Below, in pieces: positions 13,060 to 27,300 of a stretch of 64,000 bases of DNA (the stretch's first letter is position 1; every line of letters starts with the position of its first letter). The stretch covers positions 194,558,001-194,622,000 of the forward strand of contig NC_086097.1 of assembly GCF_963921235.1 (NCBI RefSeq), read 5' to 3'. The notes below the pieces were generated by a model. That model saw only the letters and a program-made list of their open reading frames with translations. It was not told where the DNA came from and did no database searches. The translations under genes were made by a program, and so were the position numbers. The stretch comes from Mobula hypostoma (taxonomy: Eukaryota).

Positions 13060-13790
13060 TCAAAGGATTCAAAGGTACATTTAATGTCAGAGAAATGTAT
13101 ACAATATACATCCTGGAATGCTTTTTCTTCGCAACCATCCACAAAAACAGAGGAGTGCCCCAAAGAATGAATGACAGTTAAATGTTATAACCCCAAAGTC
13201 CCCCCCAAGCTCCACTCCCTCCCACACGTAAGCAGCAGCAAGCAACAATCCCCCCCCCTCACCCAGTGGTTTAAAAAAAAAGCATCGGCACCCGCCACCA
13301 AGCACTCAACCGTGAGCAAAGTAACAGACTTGCAGTTACCCCAAAGAGTTTGCATTTCACCCAGTATTTGACATATCACAGGTGCTCTCTCTCCCTAAGA
13401 AGGGAGAAAGATGTCTCCATTTTCACAGCAAGTGGGGAGACATAACAAGCAACTCATTAGTTTACGATGTTAAAAGTCCATTACATCGCTTTTTTGTCAA
13501 GCTGTGTGCCCAAAGATCCAACTCCCCAAATGACAGATGGGTCTCCTGCCGTGACACTGACCTTCAAGCCGCCCGTCTCCAGAGCCCCGCGATCCTAAGC
13601 CTCCAAACCCCAAGAGCAGGTCCTATACCCGCAAAGAACTGTAGTCAGCATGTAACTCCAAGTCAGGGTCTTCAAAAGAACCCTGAAAGGGAAAAATAAA
13701 GATGTTAGAGATGGAAATAGAGCTGTTTCCGAAGATGCAAGCAAAAGAGTCGCTGTTTAGCACCATCATTACTCTGCGCCACCTCCGGTT
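13060..13790 (-). mobile_element. Non-coding retroposon with a Rex1-like 3' tail
   Basis: Interrupts the old CR1. Ends in CATTAAATGTACCTTTGAATCCTTTG short-repeat tail on the minus strand. Organisation resembles 48405-48978. Confidence 0.5.
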
Positions 13791-15027
13791 CACCAGTTTT
13801 CTCTTTATGACAATGATTCTATCGAGGTTTTCACCTCCTTTCACATCAATACCATCTTTCTTTGGCATACTACATGTGTCCTCCATCTTGATGACTTTCA
13901 CAAAAGAAACCCCCACTTTCAAGGCCTCTGCCATTTCACATTATCTCATTATTAATTCCCCCTCCTCATCTTCCAAGGAACCTACATTCACTTCATCCAC
14001 TATTTTCTGCTTTTTAAAAAATAATTATAAGAACATTTACTATGTTTTTATAATTTGTGCCTGAATTCCCACCCATCCCCCTGTCATATTAATTAAAACA
14101 TTTTCCAACAGCACTGGTACGATACGGCTTGAGAATAGTAATGGACGTTTCAAACTGGAAAGCTGGTGACTTTATGGAAATGTATGCTGATTGTTCTGCT
14201 CTCAACCAACTGATTTCCCAAGAGAATAGCTCCTTGCTGTAGAGGCAATCTTTTACAAAATTTGGAATCTCCTGTTCTTTATGACCACACAAGTCCTTTG
14301 TGGCTGGAGAATTGCTTCCTTATGGCACCTAAGAATGATATAAGACCATAAAATATTTGGCCCATCAAGCAATTCTATCAGTACCATTTTCCTATTTATC
14401 TCCCTGCTCATCAAATCCTTCTAACTCTGCTTAATTTTCAAATGATGCACTTGCATAACATTTTTGAATATTAATTATTTAGTGAGAATAACTTAGTGGA
14501 ATTCAATTTCTCTTTTGGACATGAATTGCACCGATCTTAAATCATAATTTCTCATGTTTTACTTGCACATGGACAAACAGCAAAGCTCCAAAGCTGCTAT
14601 GAACCAACACAATCAAGCAGTATTTTAAAGTATTATTTGCTTAAAAAAAAGGCTGTATCAAACAATCTGAAAGCGAAATGTTGCAGATGCTAGAAATCTG
14701 AAATAAAAACAGGAAATATTGGAGATCATCAAAGGTCGGGCAGTATCTGTGACCGAAAGAAATGGAGGGAAAGCATTTCAGATTAATGACTTTTAGTCAA
14801 AATGAGGGTTTACTTTAAAACACTTATCATGATCTATCTTACAGTGGCCATTTGGTGCAGCTTGAATACTACAGCTTGAAATATGCTTATCACAAATATA
14901 AATAATTTTAATTGCAATGTCAATTCAAAATTTTTGAGTAAGCTGATTCCAAATGATTGAAATTGACTTAGTTATATTGGATTGCATTAGTAAGCTACTT
15001 TGCAAGTTAAATTGCATTATATAACTT

Positions 15028-15183
15028 TGAAGCAACACACATAAAAGTTGCTGGTGAACGCAGCAGGCCAGGCAGCATCTCTAGGAGGAGGTACAGTCGA
15101 CGTTTCGGGCCGAGACCCTTCATCAGGACTAACTGAAAGAAGAACTAGTAAGAGATTTGAAAGTGGGAGGGGGAGATCCGAAA
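15028..15183 (-). mobile_element. Penelope-derived 3' terminal repeat fragment
   Basis: Same family as 30020, 30526, 37491 and 56210. Contains a hammerhead motif. Confidence 0.75.
15095..15130 (-). ncRNA. Minimal type I hammerhead ribozyme motif
   Basis: AGUC-CUGAUGA-A-GGG-ucucgg-CCC-GAAA-C-GUC^GACU. Core boxes intact, stem I AGUC/GACU, palindromic ACGU helix III. Confidence 0.78.
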
Positions 15184-15559
15184 ATATAACCTTATATAAT
15201 ATATAAGTGTTTCCTGTTCCTAATTCCACTTCAAAAATACCTTATCTGGCAGAGTCTCCTCAAAGAGTTGCAGTTGGTAAAAACTCGAGCTGCAGATTAA
15301 ATTATAGATTGTGTGTGGTCTGCTTACTTCAATGATGATTTATAAACTAGCTGAAAAGATCATGAAAACTCCATGTGAGCTTGTAACATATTGGCCTTTT
15401 GTGCAGGTAATGACAAGATTAGGGGAAATGTGTTAAGAAATCAGTGTAATTTGAGGAGAAGCTCTACTACATTAAATCTGTAAAACTTCACTATTTTTCT
15501 GGGAGGAATAGTGGGGATTGGAAGTGGTATGTTGGCAATGAAGTAGACTTTAAGTGCCC

Positions 15560-16380
15560 ATGAAATAGGCATTAGCTATCCAGGGACAGAAACAATGGCA
15601 GATTCAGCTGATGAACACCACAAATCAAGAAAGTATTTCATTATAAATTATCTGAAAGTTTTCAAACCTCTGTTTGGAATAGGATCATTCAGCAGTTCAA
15701 AATGACAAAACTATACCAATTACAGAGCCATGGAGATTGCTTCAACACAAGTAATCACCTGCACTACACAACTCACTGATGAACTGTATGATGGTATTTA
15801 ATGGAATAAGGAAACCAGAATGTAGAAAAAGGAAAACAGTTGTAGAAAGCTGCAAGAATAAAGTCAAACTACTATAAGAAGGCTGCCAAAAATATATGCC
15901 AGCAGTTAAAGCTGGAGACATGGTGAGGATGAAGCCCGCATCAGGCCAACACCAAGTAGAGCAGAAGTGACAGGTGATTTCGAGGATGCACCACTAAATC
16001 TTTGGAGGGAAGATATGGCGGCTTGACACCAGGCCTCTGGAGAACTGTTACCAATTTGGACCAGATTGGGAAGAGCAATTTGTCAATTCAATTATCTGGA
16101 TAACTTTGTGCAAAATTAAAGCACATGGAGAATGAACTGATTTTTCATTTTGTTTTTCATTTTTGAAGAAGGGGTATAACATGTGTGCCATGTTTAATAT
16201 TGGTTGTGATTAATTACTGCCGTTTATGTCTGTACCACTTTAAATATTGTATCAGAAGACTTCTGCTGTTGCAAAATTGTTTTAGTGTTGAAAGTGCTTG
16301 AGTCTGTTTGATTTTGCGGAAGTAATTTAATGTAGGACTTATTCTCTGATGCCTTTTATTTAATAAAACACCCTTACAAT
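15560..16380 (+). mobile_element. Highly decayed Gypsy 3' remnant with possible LTR
   Basis: Integrase-like piece (AVKAGDMVRMKP at ~15905), purine tract GAAGAAGGGG at ~16165, then an LTR-like stretch with AATAAA ending TTACA at ~16378. Confidence 0.4.
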
Positions 16381-17564
16381 TACCTGGCATTGATAATTGT
16401 TCTTCTGTATCCTAGAATAAGAGAGGATGTGGAAACGCTGTTAGCATTCATTGCATTCTCGCTTCTTATTCAGTTCTACTTAAACAAGAACAAACCCTGC
16501 CTTACTACTTCATCTACTGAGCTGTAATTTCTCATTTTCAAATCATTTTCATTAATTTGTATCCTGTCAAATGTTCTTATATTGTCCTTAAATCATTGTG
16601 TCCATAAATAGACACAATAGCCTCACTGAGGACAAGTCGGAGTTTTGTATTGGTTTAACTTAGCATCCTGACTATGTGGTCCATACTTTTCTTTATAAAG
16701 TCTGGGATCCAATGTGGTTTGTTATCTGTAATGCCAAACTGCTTTCGAAGATTTACGCATAGACAATCACAGATGTCTTGCTTTATATAGCATTTTAAAA
16801 ATACATTTGGGTGAAAGTATTCTATTTATTCTTTCTGCTAAGATGTACTATCCCACAAGGAACAAATTTGTAACTCTACAACCTCATTTAATGTAGGATC
16901 TTTACAGCCAAAAGAGCAAAAAAAAAGTCATAAAATGATCTCTTGCTAGATTTGAACTGTGAATCCTAAACTGAAACAATTACACACCCACAGAAAATCA
17001 TATTCTATGACTAATGTTTTTTTTATTGTGCTTTCATTCATTTATTGTTCAGCGAGTCCCAGAGTTCAGTTTCAATTGATTTTTATCCTTCTAAAAATTT
17101 CATGAAGAAAGTAAAAAAAATTCTTCTGGCTTTTTCCATGTCTATAACTCTATACCCAAGTGTGAAGTTTAGGGCCAGATCTTATTGTGTCCAGATATTA
17201 GTGATTTAATTTGTCATCTCATAACATTTTAGACATTGAGTGATGTGTTTTTGACTCACCAAGTGTACATTTGAAGATTTGATAGAGGACAAGGATTTGG
17301 TTTATTTTTCCAGCACTTTTTGATGAGACAGTGTTTGTTGTTTCATGAGGTTACCACTAATGCTACTGAGTGTTCTACAACTTCTGCTCTCCTACATTCA
17401 GTCCATAAGGTATAGCTTGTCTTCAACTAATTCATCATTTACTTAGCATAATTATGATTTTGAAACATCTCATGTTGTGCATATTATTAAAGTATTCACT
17501 CTTTTATAAACCGGAATTTAATTTGGGCATAAATGGGAAAAAAAAGTGTGAATATTTGAATATT

Positions 17565-17880
17565 GAGGTGGCACAGTATTTGAGTGGTTAGTGCAACATG
17601 TTACGACACTAACTGTAAGACTGGGGTTCAATTCCCGTTGCTGTCTGTAAGGAGATTAAAGGTTTTCCCTATGACCAATTGGGTTTTGTCAGGGTGCTCC
17701 AGTTTCCTCCCACAATCCAAAGACATATAGTTCACGTTTGTGAGTTGTGGGCATGCTATGTTGGTGCCAGAAACATGGTGACACCAGTGGGCTGCCTAGC
17801 AGACACCTTGCTGATTTGATTTGATTCCAACGAGGCATTTCACTTCATGTTTTGATATTTGTGTGACAAATAAAGCAAAT
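17565..17880 (+). mobile_element. tRNA-derived SINE (V-SINE/HE1-like)
   Basis: A-box GGCACAG..GTGGTTAG, B-box GGTTCAATTCC, V-domain-like CAGTTTCCTCCCACAATCCAAAGAC, LINE-like tail. Confidence 0.7.
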
Positions 17881-19099
17881 AGTTATTTAATGGTATTATC
17901 TTTTTGCTGCAATGATGTCAAATACCTTCTATTTAAAAGGCTAAGGAATACCCTTCAGCCTGAAATAAAAATGTGCTATTCATATCAGATCAAAAAAGCT
18001 ATGAATGATTTCTTGCTAAACTTTCTTGTGCTACACTTTCATTTTTACCCTCTATAAAATGCAGTCTAATTAAGATAATTTGAAGGATGAGTGCATTTGT
18101 TTGCAAAGGTTATTCAGTATGAATGGAAAAAGTAAAGGTAACAGTAAGGGGAAAGTTAGAATTTAACTTTCTGAAATCTCAACAGGAGACATGGGGAAAT
18201 GAATTCAACTCATCAAGTCCGTGGATTCAATGAATCCACCATCTGTGAGAATGAAAAATCAGCAATGATTTTGTTAAACATTGTATTTCTTTTTTAAACA
18301 AGTGAAGCAAAGGAGATATTGGGATGATACAAGGAAGAAATACACAAAGAGAAGGAACAGAAACTGACATGAGATTTGGCATTCAGATGAGCCAGTGTAC
18401 TCAGGCAATGATTTAATGCTGCTGCAATTGTTTGCATGAGGTTGGTGCTGAAAAGTACAATCAAATGATGACAATTCGGTAAAAAGAAAGGAGTCCTGAA
18501 CTATAGTTATGTTTATCTCATTGGCTAATTGTCAGTATTAATTAATGAAATGCTGTATGTTGATTGTCCAACTGAAAAGCAAATCTACTGAATGTGAGAA
18601 TATTGAGATGGGGATGTTTAAGTGAAGTATTGTGCAGTGTTGACAGAGGGAAAGCTGCACAGAATAGGACTAGAATAGTTCTCTCTGCACCAGTACTGGC
18701 CCCACCCCAGGAACATGGAGCAGGACATGTGTACTGGTAGCAAAAGATGGAGCAATGTTGGATTGCGATTTGGGAACGATGAATGACCGAAGTATGGAAG
18801 GCGTTCATAGAGACACAGAAGAAAAAACTCAAGGTTTTTCTGAAGCATTTGATTTTTTTAATAATTGTGATATCAATGTTTGTATTCCTGAATGAAAAGT
18901 TTTAAAAAAAATTTATGGCATTGGAAATCAAAAAGAGCATATGCTAGAAATCTGAAATAAAAACAGAAAATGAGTATTTTCAGGATTTTCTATTTCTATT
19001 TTCTATTTGGTGTATATGCTTTCATAGATATGAGCCCATGTGCTCCCTAGCCAATGATTTAATTATAATGTATTGATAATGTTTTAATATAACAACAAG

Positions 19100-21295
19100 T
19101 TTGAAGTTCAAAGTAAATTTTATTATCAAAGTAGATATATGTCACCATAGACAACCTTGAGATTAATTTTCTTGGGGGCATACTCAATAATTTATCTATA
19201 AACATAACAGAATCAATGAAAGACCACACCAACCTGGGTGTCCAACCAGTGCACAAAAGACAGCAAACTGTATAAGTTCAAACAGAAAGAAAAAGGATAA
19301 TAATAACATAATAATGATAAGTATACAAGCAATAAATATCCAGAAAGGAGATGAAGAGTCCTTGAAGGTGAGTCCATTGGTGGTGGGAACATTTCAGTAA
19401 TGGGGCAAGTGAAGTTGAGTGAAATTATCCACTTTGGATCAACAGCCTGATGGTTGAGGGGTATTAACTGTTCATGAACCTGGTGCTGTGAGTCCTGGGG
19501 CTCCTGTACCTTCTTCCTGATGGCAGCTGTGAGAAGAGAGCATGTCCTAGGTGGTGGGGGTCCCTGATGATGGATAGTGCTTTCCTGTGACAGCACTCCA
19601 TGTAGATGTGCTCGATGACTGGGACGGCTTTACCTGTGATGGACTGGGCTGTATCCACAACTTAAAGTTACTAACCATCTCCACCTCTGATAATCTGATG
19701 AGGACCAGCTCCTTCTGAAGTCAATAACCAATTCCTTGGTCTTGCTGACATTAAGTAAGAGGTTGTGGTATGGCACCGCACAGCCAGATTTTCAATCTCC
19801 CTCCTATATGCTGATTCATTATCATCTCTGATCCAGTCTACAACAGTGGTGTCAACAGCAAACTTGAATATGGCTTTGGAACTGTGCTTAGCCACACAGT
19901 CATAAGTGTAAAGTGAGTAGAGCAGGTGACTAAGTACACAGCCTTGTGGTGCACCTGTGCTGAGGTATATCATGGAGGAGATGTTTTTGCAATCCAAACT
20001 GACTGGGGTCTGCAAATGAGGAAATCCAGGAGGATCTGAGGCCAAGGTCTTGAAGCTTATTGATTAGATTTGAAGGGATGATGATATTGAATGCTGAGCT
20101 GTAATCGATAAAGAGCATCCTGATGTTGGCATCTTTGCTATCCAAATGTTCCAGGGTTGAGTGACGAGCCAAAGTGATCTTCTGTTGTCCTGTTGCTCCG
20201 GTAAGCAAATTGGAGCAGATCTAAGTCACTTTTCAGGCAGGAGTTGATATGTTTCATCACCAACTTTGTAAAACACTTCATCACTGTGGATGTAGGTGCT
20301 ACTGGGTAGTAGTCATAGAGACAGGTTACCACAGTCTTCTTGGGCACCGGTACAATTGAAGCCTGCTTGAAGCAGGCAGGTACCACATATTATCAAAGCA
20401 AGAAGTTGGAGATCGCAGTGAACATACTAGCCAGTTGATCAGCACAGTTCTTTAATACTTGGCCGTCTGGGCTGGTTGCTTTTTGTGGGTTCACCCTCTT
20501 GAAGGCTGCATGCATGTTGGCTTTAGAGACTGAAAACATGGGATCATTGGAGGATGTGGGAGTTTGGGAGTTCGTGACGGTTCCTCCATGTTTTAATGGT
20601 CAGGGGGAACATAAAAGGCATTCATCTCATCTGGAAGCAAGGTCCCATTGTCTCCTATGTCGCTTGATTTAACTTCGTAAGAGGTGATAGTACTTGAGCC
20701 TTGCCACAACTGTCAAGCATTCTTTGTTGACTCAAGTTTGGTCCAGAATTGCCATTTAACCAATGAGATTACTTTCTAGAGATCATACCTGGATCTCTTG
20801 TAACTTTCTTGATCACCAGTCTTGAAAACCTCTGACCTGTCTGTCAGCAGAATATGGATCTCATGGTTCATCCAGGGCTTCTGATTGGTGAAGACTCCCA
20901 ATAATTTTGTGGGGACACACACTGATCGTCAGCTGTTTTTAAAAAGTACGTTACAATCATGGTGTGTTCATTCAGATCCACAGATGAGTCCTTGAACATG
21001 GTCCAGTCCAGTAACTCAAAGCAATCCCATAGCTGTCTCCTGTGACCACCTCTTAGTGGTCCTAATTTCTGGAGCTTAGCTCTTTAGCCTCTGTCAATAT
21101 GCAGGTAGGACAGCCAGATACTCTGATTTACTGAAATGGGGTCTGAGTATGGAATGGTAGGCATTCCTTATCTTAGTATAACAGTATTCTAGGGTGTTGG
21201 GATCTCTGGTGTTACAGGTTATATGCTGATGGTAATTGGGCAGAGATTTCTTCAAACAAACCTGGTTGAAGTCTCCACAACTATGATTTGAAATG
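19100..21295 (-). mobile_element. Rex1/Babar LINE
   Basis: [72 protein letters not shown]. Confidence 0.9.
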
Positions 21296-21774
21296 TGTTC
21301 ATAAGTTCATAATTAGATAGAAAATACTTCAAGTATCTGAGAAATATAATGATTGATTTTCTTACCATTATAATTCTTGATACATTGTGGCTGGTATATG
21401 TCAGTTTACAAAACTGGAAGACTTGATGTGGAGCTTCAGTTTCCTGCCTTTTATGCAGAAGATTCTGGCAGAGGGCAAGTCAGTACCAGAGATTGTTCTT
21501 GGGCATATTAAAATCTTGAGGTAGGTAATCATGTAGGCAAGGCATCATGGTCAGTGCCGACATGGTGGCCTTGTTATTGTGCTGTACTCTGTGTTCTCTG
21601 CTCTATGTTCCATGTTTACTTCCTCAGTGATACTGCTCAAACACACACAGATTTTCCACTCTATACACTGGCATTTAACTTGCACAGATCTTAATTTATG
21701 AGACTTAGCTATCCCTGGAAAAGATTTACCTGGATATAAACACTAATTCTTTTTTATACTGTGGAGTTTAGAAT

Positions 21775-22546
21775 ATTGAGGGACTTCAGGAAGAGTATGA
21801 CGAAGGAACACATACCAATCCTCATAGAGGGATCAGAAGTGGAGAGAGTGAACAGTTTCAAGTTCCTGGGTGTCAATATCTCTGAGGATCTAACCTGGTC
21901 CCAACACATTGATACATAAAGAAGGCAAGACAGTGGCTATACTTTATTAGGAGTTTGATGCGATTTGGCATGTCAACAAATACACTCAAAAACCTAGTTG
22001 TACTGTGGAGAGCATTCTGACAGGCTGCATCACTGTCTGGTATGGAGGGGCTACTGCACGAGACCGAAAGAAGCTGCAGAAGGTTGTAAATCTAGTCAGC
22101 TCCATCTTGGGCACTAGCCTACAAAGTACCCAGGACACCTTGAGGGAGCGGTGTCTCAGAAAGACAGCGTCCAGTATTAAAGACCTCCAGCACCCAGGGC
22201 ATGTCCTTTTCTCACTGTTACCATCAGGCAGGAGATACAGAAGCCTGAAGGCACACACTCAGTGATTCAGGAACAGCTTCTTCCCCTTTGCCATCCGATT
22301 CCTGAGTGGACTTTGAAGCTTTAGACACTACCTCACTTTTTTAATATACAGTATTTCTGTTTTTGAACATTTTTTAATAACCTATTCAATATGTGTAATT
22401 TATTTGTTTATTTATTATGTTTTATTTTATTTTATTTATTATTACTTTTTTTTCCTGTCTCTGCTAGATTACATATTACATTGAACTGTTGCTGCTAAGT
22501 TAACAAATTTCACATCACATGCCCGTGATAATAAACCTGATTCTGA
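21775..22546 (+). mobile_element. Rex1/Babar LINE 3' fragment
   Basis: ESILTGCITVWYG...HPGHVLFSLLPSGRRYRSL, and tail AATAAACCTGATTCTGAT. Confidence 0.9.
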
Positions 22547-22549
22547 TCT

Positions 22550-22925
22550 AATTGAAGCATAAAATCCCATGAGGGATAATAGGGTAGGTGTTGAGCTGCT
22601 TTCAATAGTGAAATCTCAAACAAGGTGACAGGGTTGCAATTTCTGGGAATGGCCATTTAATGCTGAGACATGTAGGATCTTCCTCTTGCAAAGTGTAGTG
22701 AATTTTTGGGATTCTTTACCTGGGAGAATTGTGTAAGCTAGATCACTGGGCATATTTAAGGAAGAAGTAAATGCATTTTTGGAAGATCAGGGAATTGAGA
22801 GTTACAGGGAACTGGCACAGGAGAGGAGATCAGGCCTGTGGCAGATCAAGCACAATCATATTAAATGGCAGGGCAGGCTTGAGGGGCCAAGTGACTGACT
22901 GTTTTCCTGTATTCTCATGTTCTTG
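22550..22925 (+). mobile_element. Old CR1 3' fragment
   Basis: Degenerate similarity to the CR1 3' ends elsewhere in the window. Confidence 0.6.
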
Positions 22926-24305
22926 ATCCAGGTATCTGCCTTTTTGTCTGATGAAGCAGATGAAAATTTAGCCAACATTTAGAACTATTGTGTTACAAAA
23001 GGGTTCAATGTTCTAACCAGCTGTTGGATTATATGGGATCTACTGAGGAGCCAATGGAACCTGGGCATGGTCAAAGTCTCCCTTTACCATTCAGAAGTTG
23101 ACTCACCTGGAAAGACTTTCTGCTTGTATATCCTGATCTTTACCCATGCAGAAGAGATTTAATTAAAACAGAAAATCCCGCAACTGCTGGTAAGTTCAAG
23201 CAGCAGCTGTATAGTGAGAAAGAGCTTTTAATGTTGCTGACTTTTTATGAGAACTTGCCTCTTTCTTCATCAGGGCATCTTCCCCTCTCCTCATCTTCAT
23301 GCTTCTGGTAAGTATAACTGTTTCATGAGCTCATTCTTTTCAGAGGTGGAGCTACCAAAGCCCCAGTGTATTGATCTAACTGCCCCAGGATCACTATAAG
23401 CTCCACCTGAAGCTCGACACCTCCAAATGTGTTTAACAAACTCGAAAAAGCCTACATTGTCCAATATCCAGTCAATAACTACCAAACATATAGGTCATTA
23501 AAGGTCCCCTTAAACAAGTTGGTTGAGGAAGATTTGGGATGGAATGAGGTGGGGTAAGGTGAGAAGAATGAGCCTTTCTGTGACTAAACATCAGTTTCCG
23601 CAAGACTCAGATTATTTTACGGCATATGCTTTAACAGCATGGGCCAATTTGGAAGCATAGGCTTCAATCAACATTGCACAATTGTTGCTATAACCAGTTT
23701 CTTGGCCTACACATGCAATTGCTGTCACCTATCCAATCTGTCAGGCAACATGAGTTGCAAGTAAAAATCTGCAATCATCATTAGCCCGAGAAATTGGAAG
23801 CAAATCTAATCCATGAAATCAAAGTAACTATTACTAAAGAGCCATGTCCCCTAACTCTAGAAGAGCCTGCAGAAGGCTAAAAAGACTAATGGGAGCTTTG
23901 ACTATCAACCTCGTAGATCTGTATATTTTTTACAGCAGCATGATGGGAAAGGTGTATTGCAAAGAGAGCCAAAGTGCTCAAATGCTTAAATATTATGTGG
24001 ACCTCAACAATAAAAGATTTCTTCAGGTTTGATGAATCCAGAGCACAACCTAATTTAGCAATCTTTAGGGATGTTAATTCTATTTGAACATATTCCAAGA
24101 AAAAGTTTCATTTGGATGATCTTTTGCCATTGCCTTACTAACACATCCCTCTTTTCAGTGCTCCAACTTTTATATCACATCACAATGTCCGTTCCTTGGT
24201 GATTTCAGACTGTCAATTAAATGCTTTTTTCTCTGACTTCCAATTTAACTACAAAACCTTTCCCTTAAATTTATGGTAACAATTTTTAGAAAATTAATGT
24301 TTTAA

Positions 24306-27300
24306 TATGGGCATGCCTCTAACTAACCACATGGGGGCACCAGAGTCCAGGCTCTGATGCACCTCCTCCCCGGATCATTAGTTGATTATTTTCACCTGTG
24401 TTTGTTTTACTTATCAGTGCACCTGTGCTTGGTTTTGGTTGTCTATTTAAGTTCCTTCTGTTTTGTTCACCTTTGCTAAGTCTTGAGTCTACCTACCCTG
24501 TGTGTAGTGATTCTTGAATGTGTTCCCTATTAACCCCAATCCACAAGTAATGATTTTTTGTTCAAATCCATTCTTGTCTTTGGTCCCCTATGCACTTGGC
24601 TCCACCTGGTCTCAGGATCTCCTAGTAGTCTATTATGGAACTTTACCATAACAGCCCTGGTTTAAACCCAGCCAGGCAACCATCCCTTGTTGCAATAAGA
24701 CTGAGCCATTCATGGACCCAGCAAGGCACGAACATCTCCAATCAGTGACAACCAGCCAAGAAGTCATGGTGGGCAGGCATTATCATATGATCCAGCAGAT
24801 CTTGACTGCACTGCAGAAGCTTACAGAGATCATCCGGTTGAGTCAGCAAACCCTAGCTGCCACCCTAACTCCCGAGTCTCCAGCCAACATCGAGGTGTCA
24901 ACCACGTATCCTGTTCTGATTCTCCATGGTATCCATGTTGGCGCCTCGAACCTGCCGGTGCACAAGTGATTTGATGGCAACCCAGGGGCATGTTAAGGGT
25001 TTCTTAGTCAGTATTCTTTGGCTCTCCAGCTGCAGCCCACCAAGTTCCCCCGACTGCTGCAAAGTGGCCTTTATCATCTCTCTCCTCTCTAGCAAAGCTC
25101 TTGCCTGGGCAATGGTGCTCTGGGAGAAAAACACTAAGTTGGCTAAGTTGTGCAGATTTGTCCCTTTTCAACAGCGACATAAAGAGGGTGTTCGACCACC
25201 TAGCCTGCGGACAAGAGGTGGCCAACCAATTTCTCCAACTTTGCCAGAGTATGTGTAATGTGGCTGACTATGCGATTGAGTTTAACACCCTGGAAGTAGA
25301 GTGCTGTTGGACACCGAAATGTTTATTACCATGTTGCACTATTGGATATCAGGTGAAATTAAACATGAATTGGCATACGGGGACAAGTTGAGAATCTAAG
25401 GACTCTCATCAATAGTTCCATCTGGGCTGACAATTGTCTCCAGGAAAGGACAAGAGGGCACTGCACTGAATTTTCTCAGGTTGCCAATCTCTGATCCCCT
25501 CCAGCCTCATCATCCTTGGAGTGGTCATGCACTCCTCCCCCACTCCCTCATCCCCTAGCTGAGTGGGACCGGAAGAAGTGCTGCCTCTACTGTGTTGAGC
25601 CAGATCATTCAGTTCTTCCTCTCCTGAGCTGCCGGGAAGTATCCAGACCCATTCAGGGAAGGGAGGTCTGTGATGGGTTCCAGCATTTCTCCCGGCTCTG
25701 CTACATCCAGGGTCCTGCAGTCTACCTCCATCTCCCGGGGAGAATAACAACATGCCTTTGGACCCTTCAGGGATTCTGGTGTAACAAGACATCTGTATTC
25801 CCCTGGTTCATCTCAACCATGGCCACAGCTCAGGAGGGAATAACTCTGGGCTGTGATATCTGGCGCCCCTATGAAACAGCATACTAAAGCTATCCATTTT
25901 CACCTAATTCATGCCTGCCCTCCTCTCCTAGGCTAAATTAGATCTATCGAGCCTACCATTAGAGAAAATGAATCCCATTTTGGCTTACGCCAGTTTAACA
26001 GAAACTTATTATGTTTGCCTTATGAGTTTTTAAAATTTATGACAGGGAAAGAAAACTATTAATTTCAAGAAAGGTAAGCAAAGCTTAACAATCTTTTTTT
26101 TCAAGAAAGGTTGGCTAAAAATTAATTCTCTACCCTCAAAAGTGTTGACAATTATGTTTGAATTATAATATGTACAATTTGGTGATCACACTAATGTACT
26201 GTGGAATGTAGATATAATAATTTTTATGCAGGGGTTCCCTGAGACCTGAAAATTATTTCAAAGTTTCCTCCAGGGTAAAAAGGTTGAGAATGGCTGTGCT
26301 AGAGGTTTTCGGTAAGAAAAGGCCACTACACACCCACTTCATTGAACCTAATTGAATTGCTGCCTGGAACCAGCTTACCCTGAGGAAGAGTCTACTCCCA
26401 GTCTGTTTCGGAAAGGATGCCCATGGAAGAATACATCAGTGATGACTCAGTGTCCAGTGGTTTCATCTACCCCTCCACATCTGCTGCTGGTGTGGGCTTC
26501 ATTGTGGCCAAAAAAAAGGATGATGGACTCTGACTATGTATAAACTATTGAGGCCTCAGTAAGTTCAAAGTGAAGAACTAGTACCCCTTGCCACGGAAGA
26601 CCACAGCTTTTGAGTTGTTGCAAGGGGCTACCACTTTACTAAACTGAATGTTTGAAGTGCATACAACCTGGTCCGTCTTCAGGAGGGTGATGAATAGAAG
26701 ACTACTTTTAATACCCCCCACTGGCCGGTATGACTATCTTGTGATGCCATTAACTTTAGTCAATGCTCCTGTGGTCTTCTAGGCCTTTATCAATGATGAT
26801 CTTTAAGAGATGCTACATCACAGCTTTGTGTATCTGGATGATATACTCATCTTCTTCAGGACCTATCACAATCACATCCAACATGTTCGACTCCAGAACC
26901 AACTTTTCTCCAGAGTCAAGCTGGAGAAAAGTGAGTTCCATGTCTCCAGTCTTCTTCCTTGGATTTATTGTCTCATAGGAGAACCTGCAGACAGACCCTA
27001 GAAAGACGCAGGTTATCAGGGATTGGCTGCAATCAAGCAACTCCAGTGGTTTCCGGAGTTTGCAAATTTTTACCGGAGGATCATCTGCAACGTCAGTTAC
27101 ATCGCAGCACCCCTTACTGCTCAAACAGGAGGAACCCTTCGACAGGGCACTGGAAACCAAGGTGGCATTTCAGGAATTGAAACGTTGCTTCACAATGGCT
27201 CCCATCTTTGTTCTCAATGACCCAGAGCTGCCATTCCTTGTTGAAATAGATACCTCAGAAATTGGGATTGGGGCTGTTCTTCCATTAAGCCCCTGCCACC

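Larger units (their letters stand above)
7040..14060 (-). mobile_element. Old CR1 LINE hosting several nested insertions
   Basis: Collinear antisense CR1 pieces at ~7165-8530, 10336-10450, 12843-13055 and 13790-14060 rejoin across the insertions. Confidence 0.7.

Noticed and set aside
17565..17645. tRNA gene
   Set aside because: The A/B boxes belong to a SINE head, and no intact cloverleaf is present.
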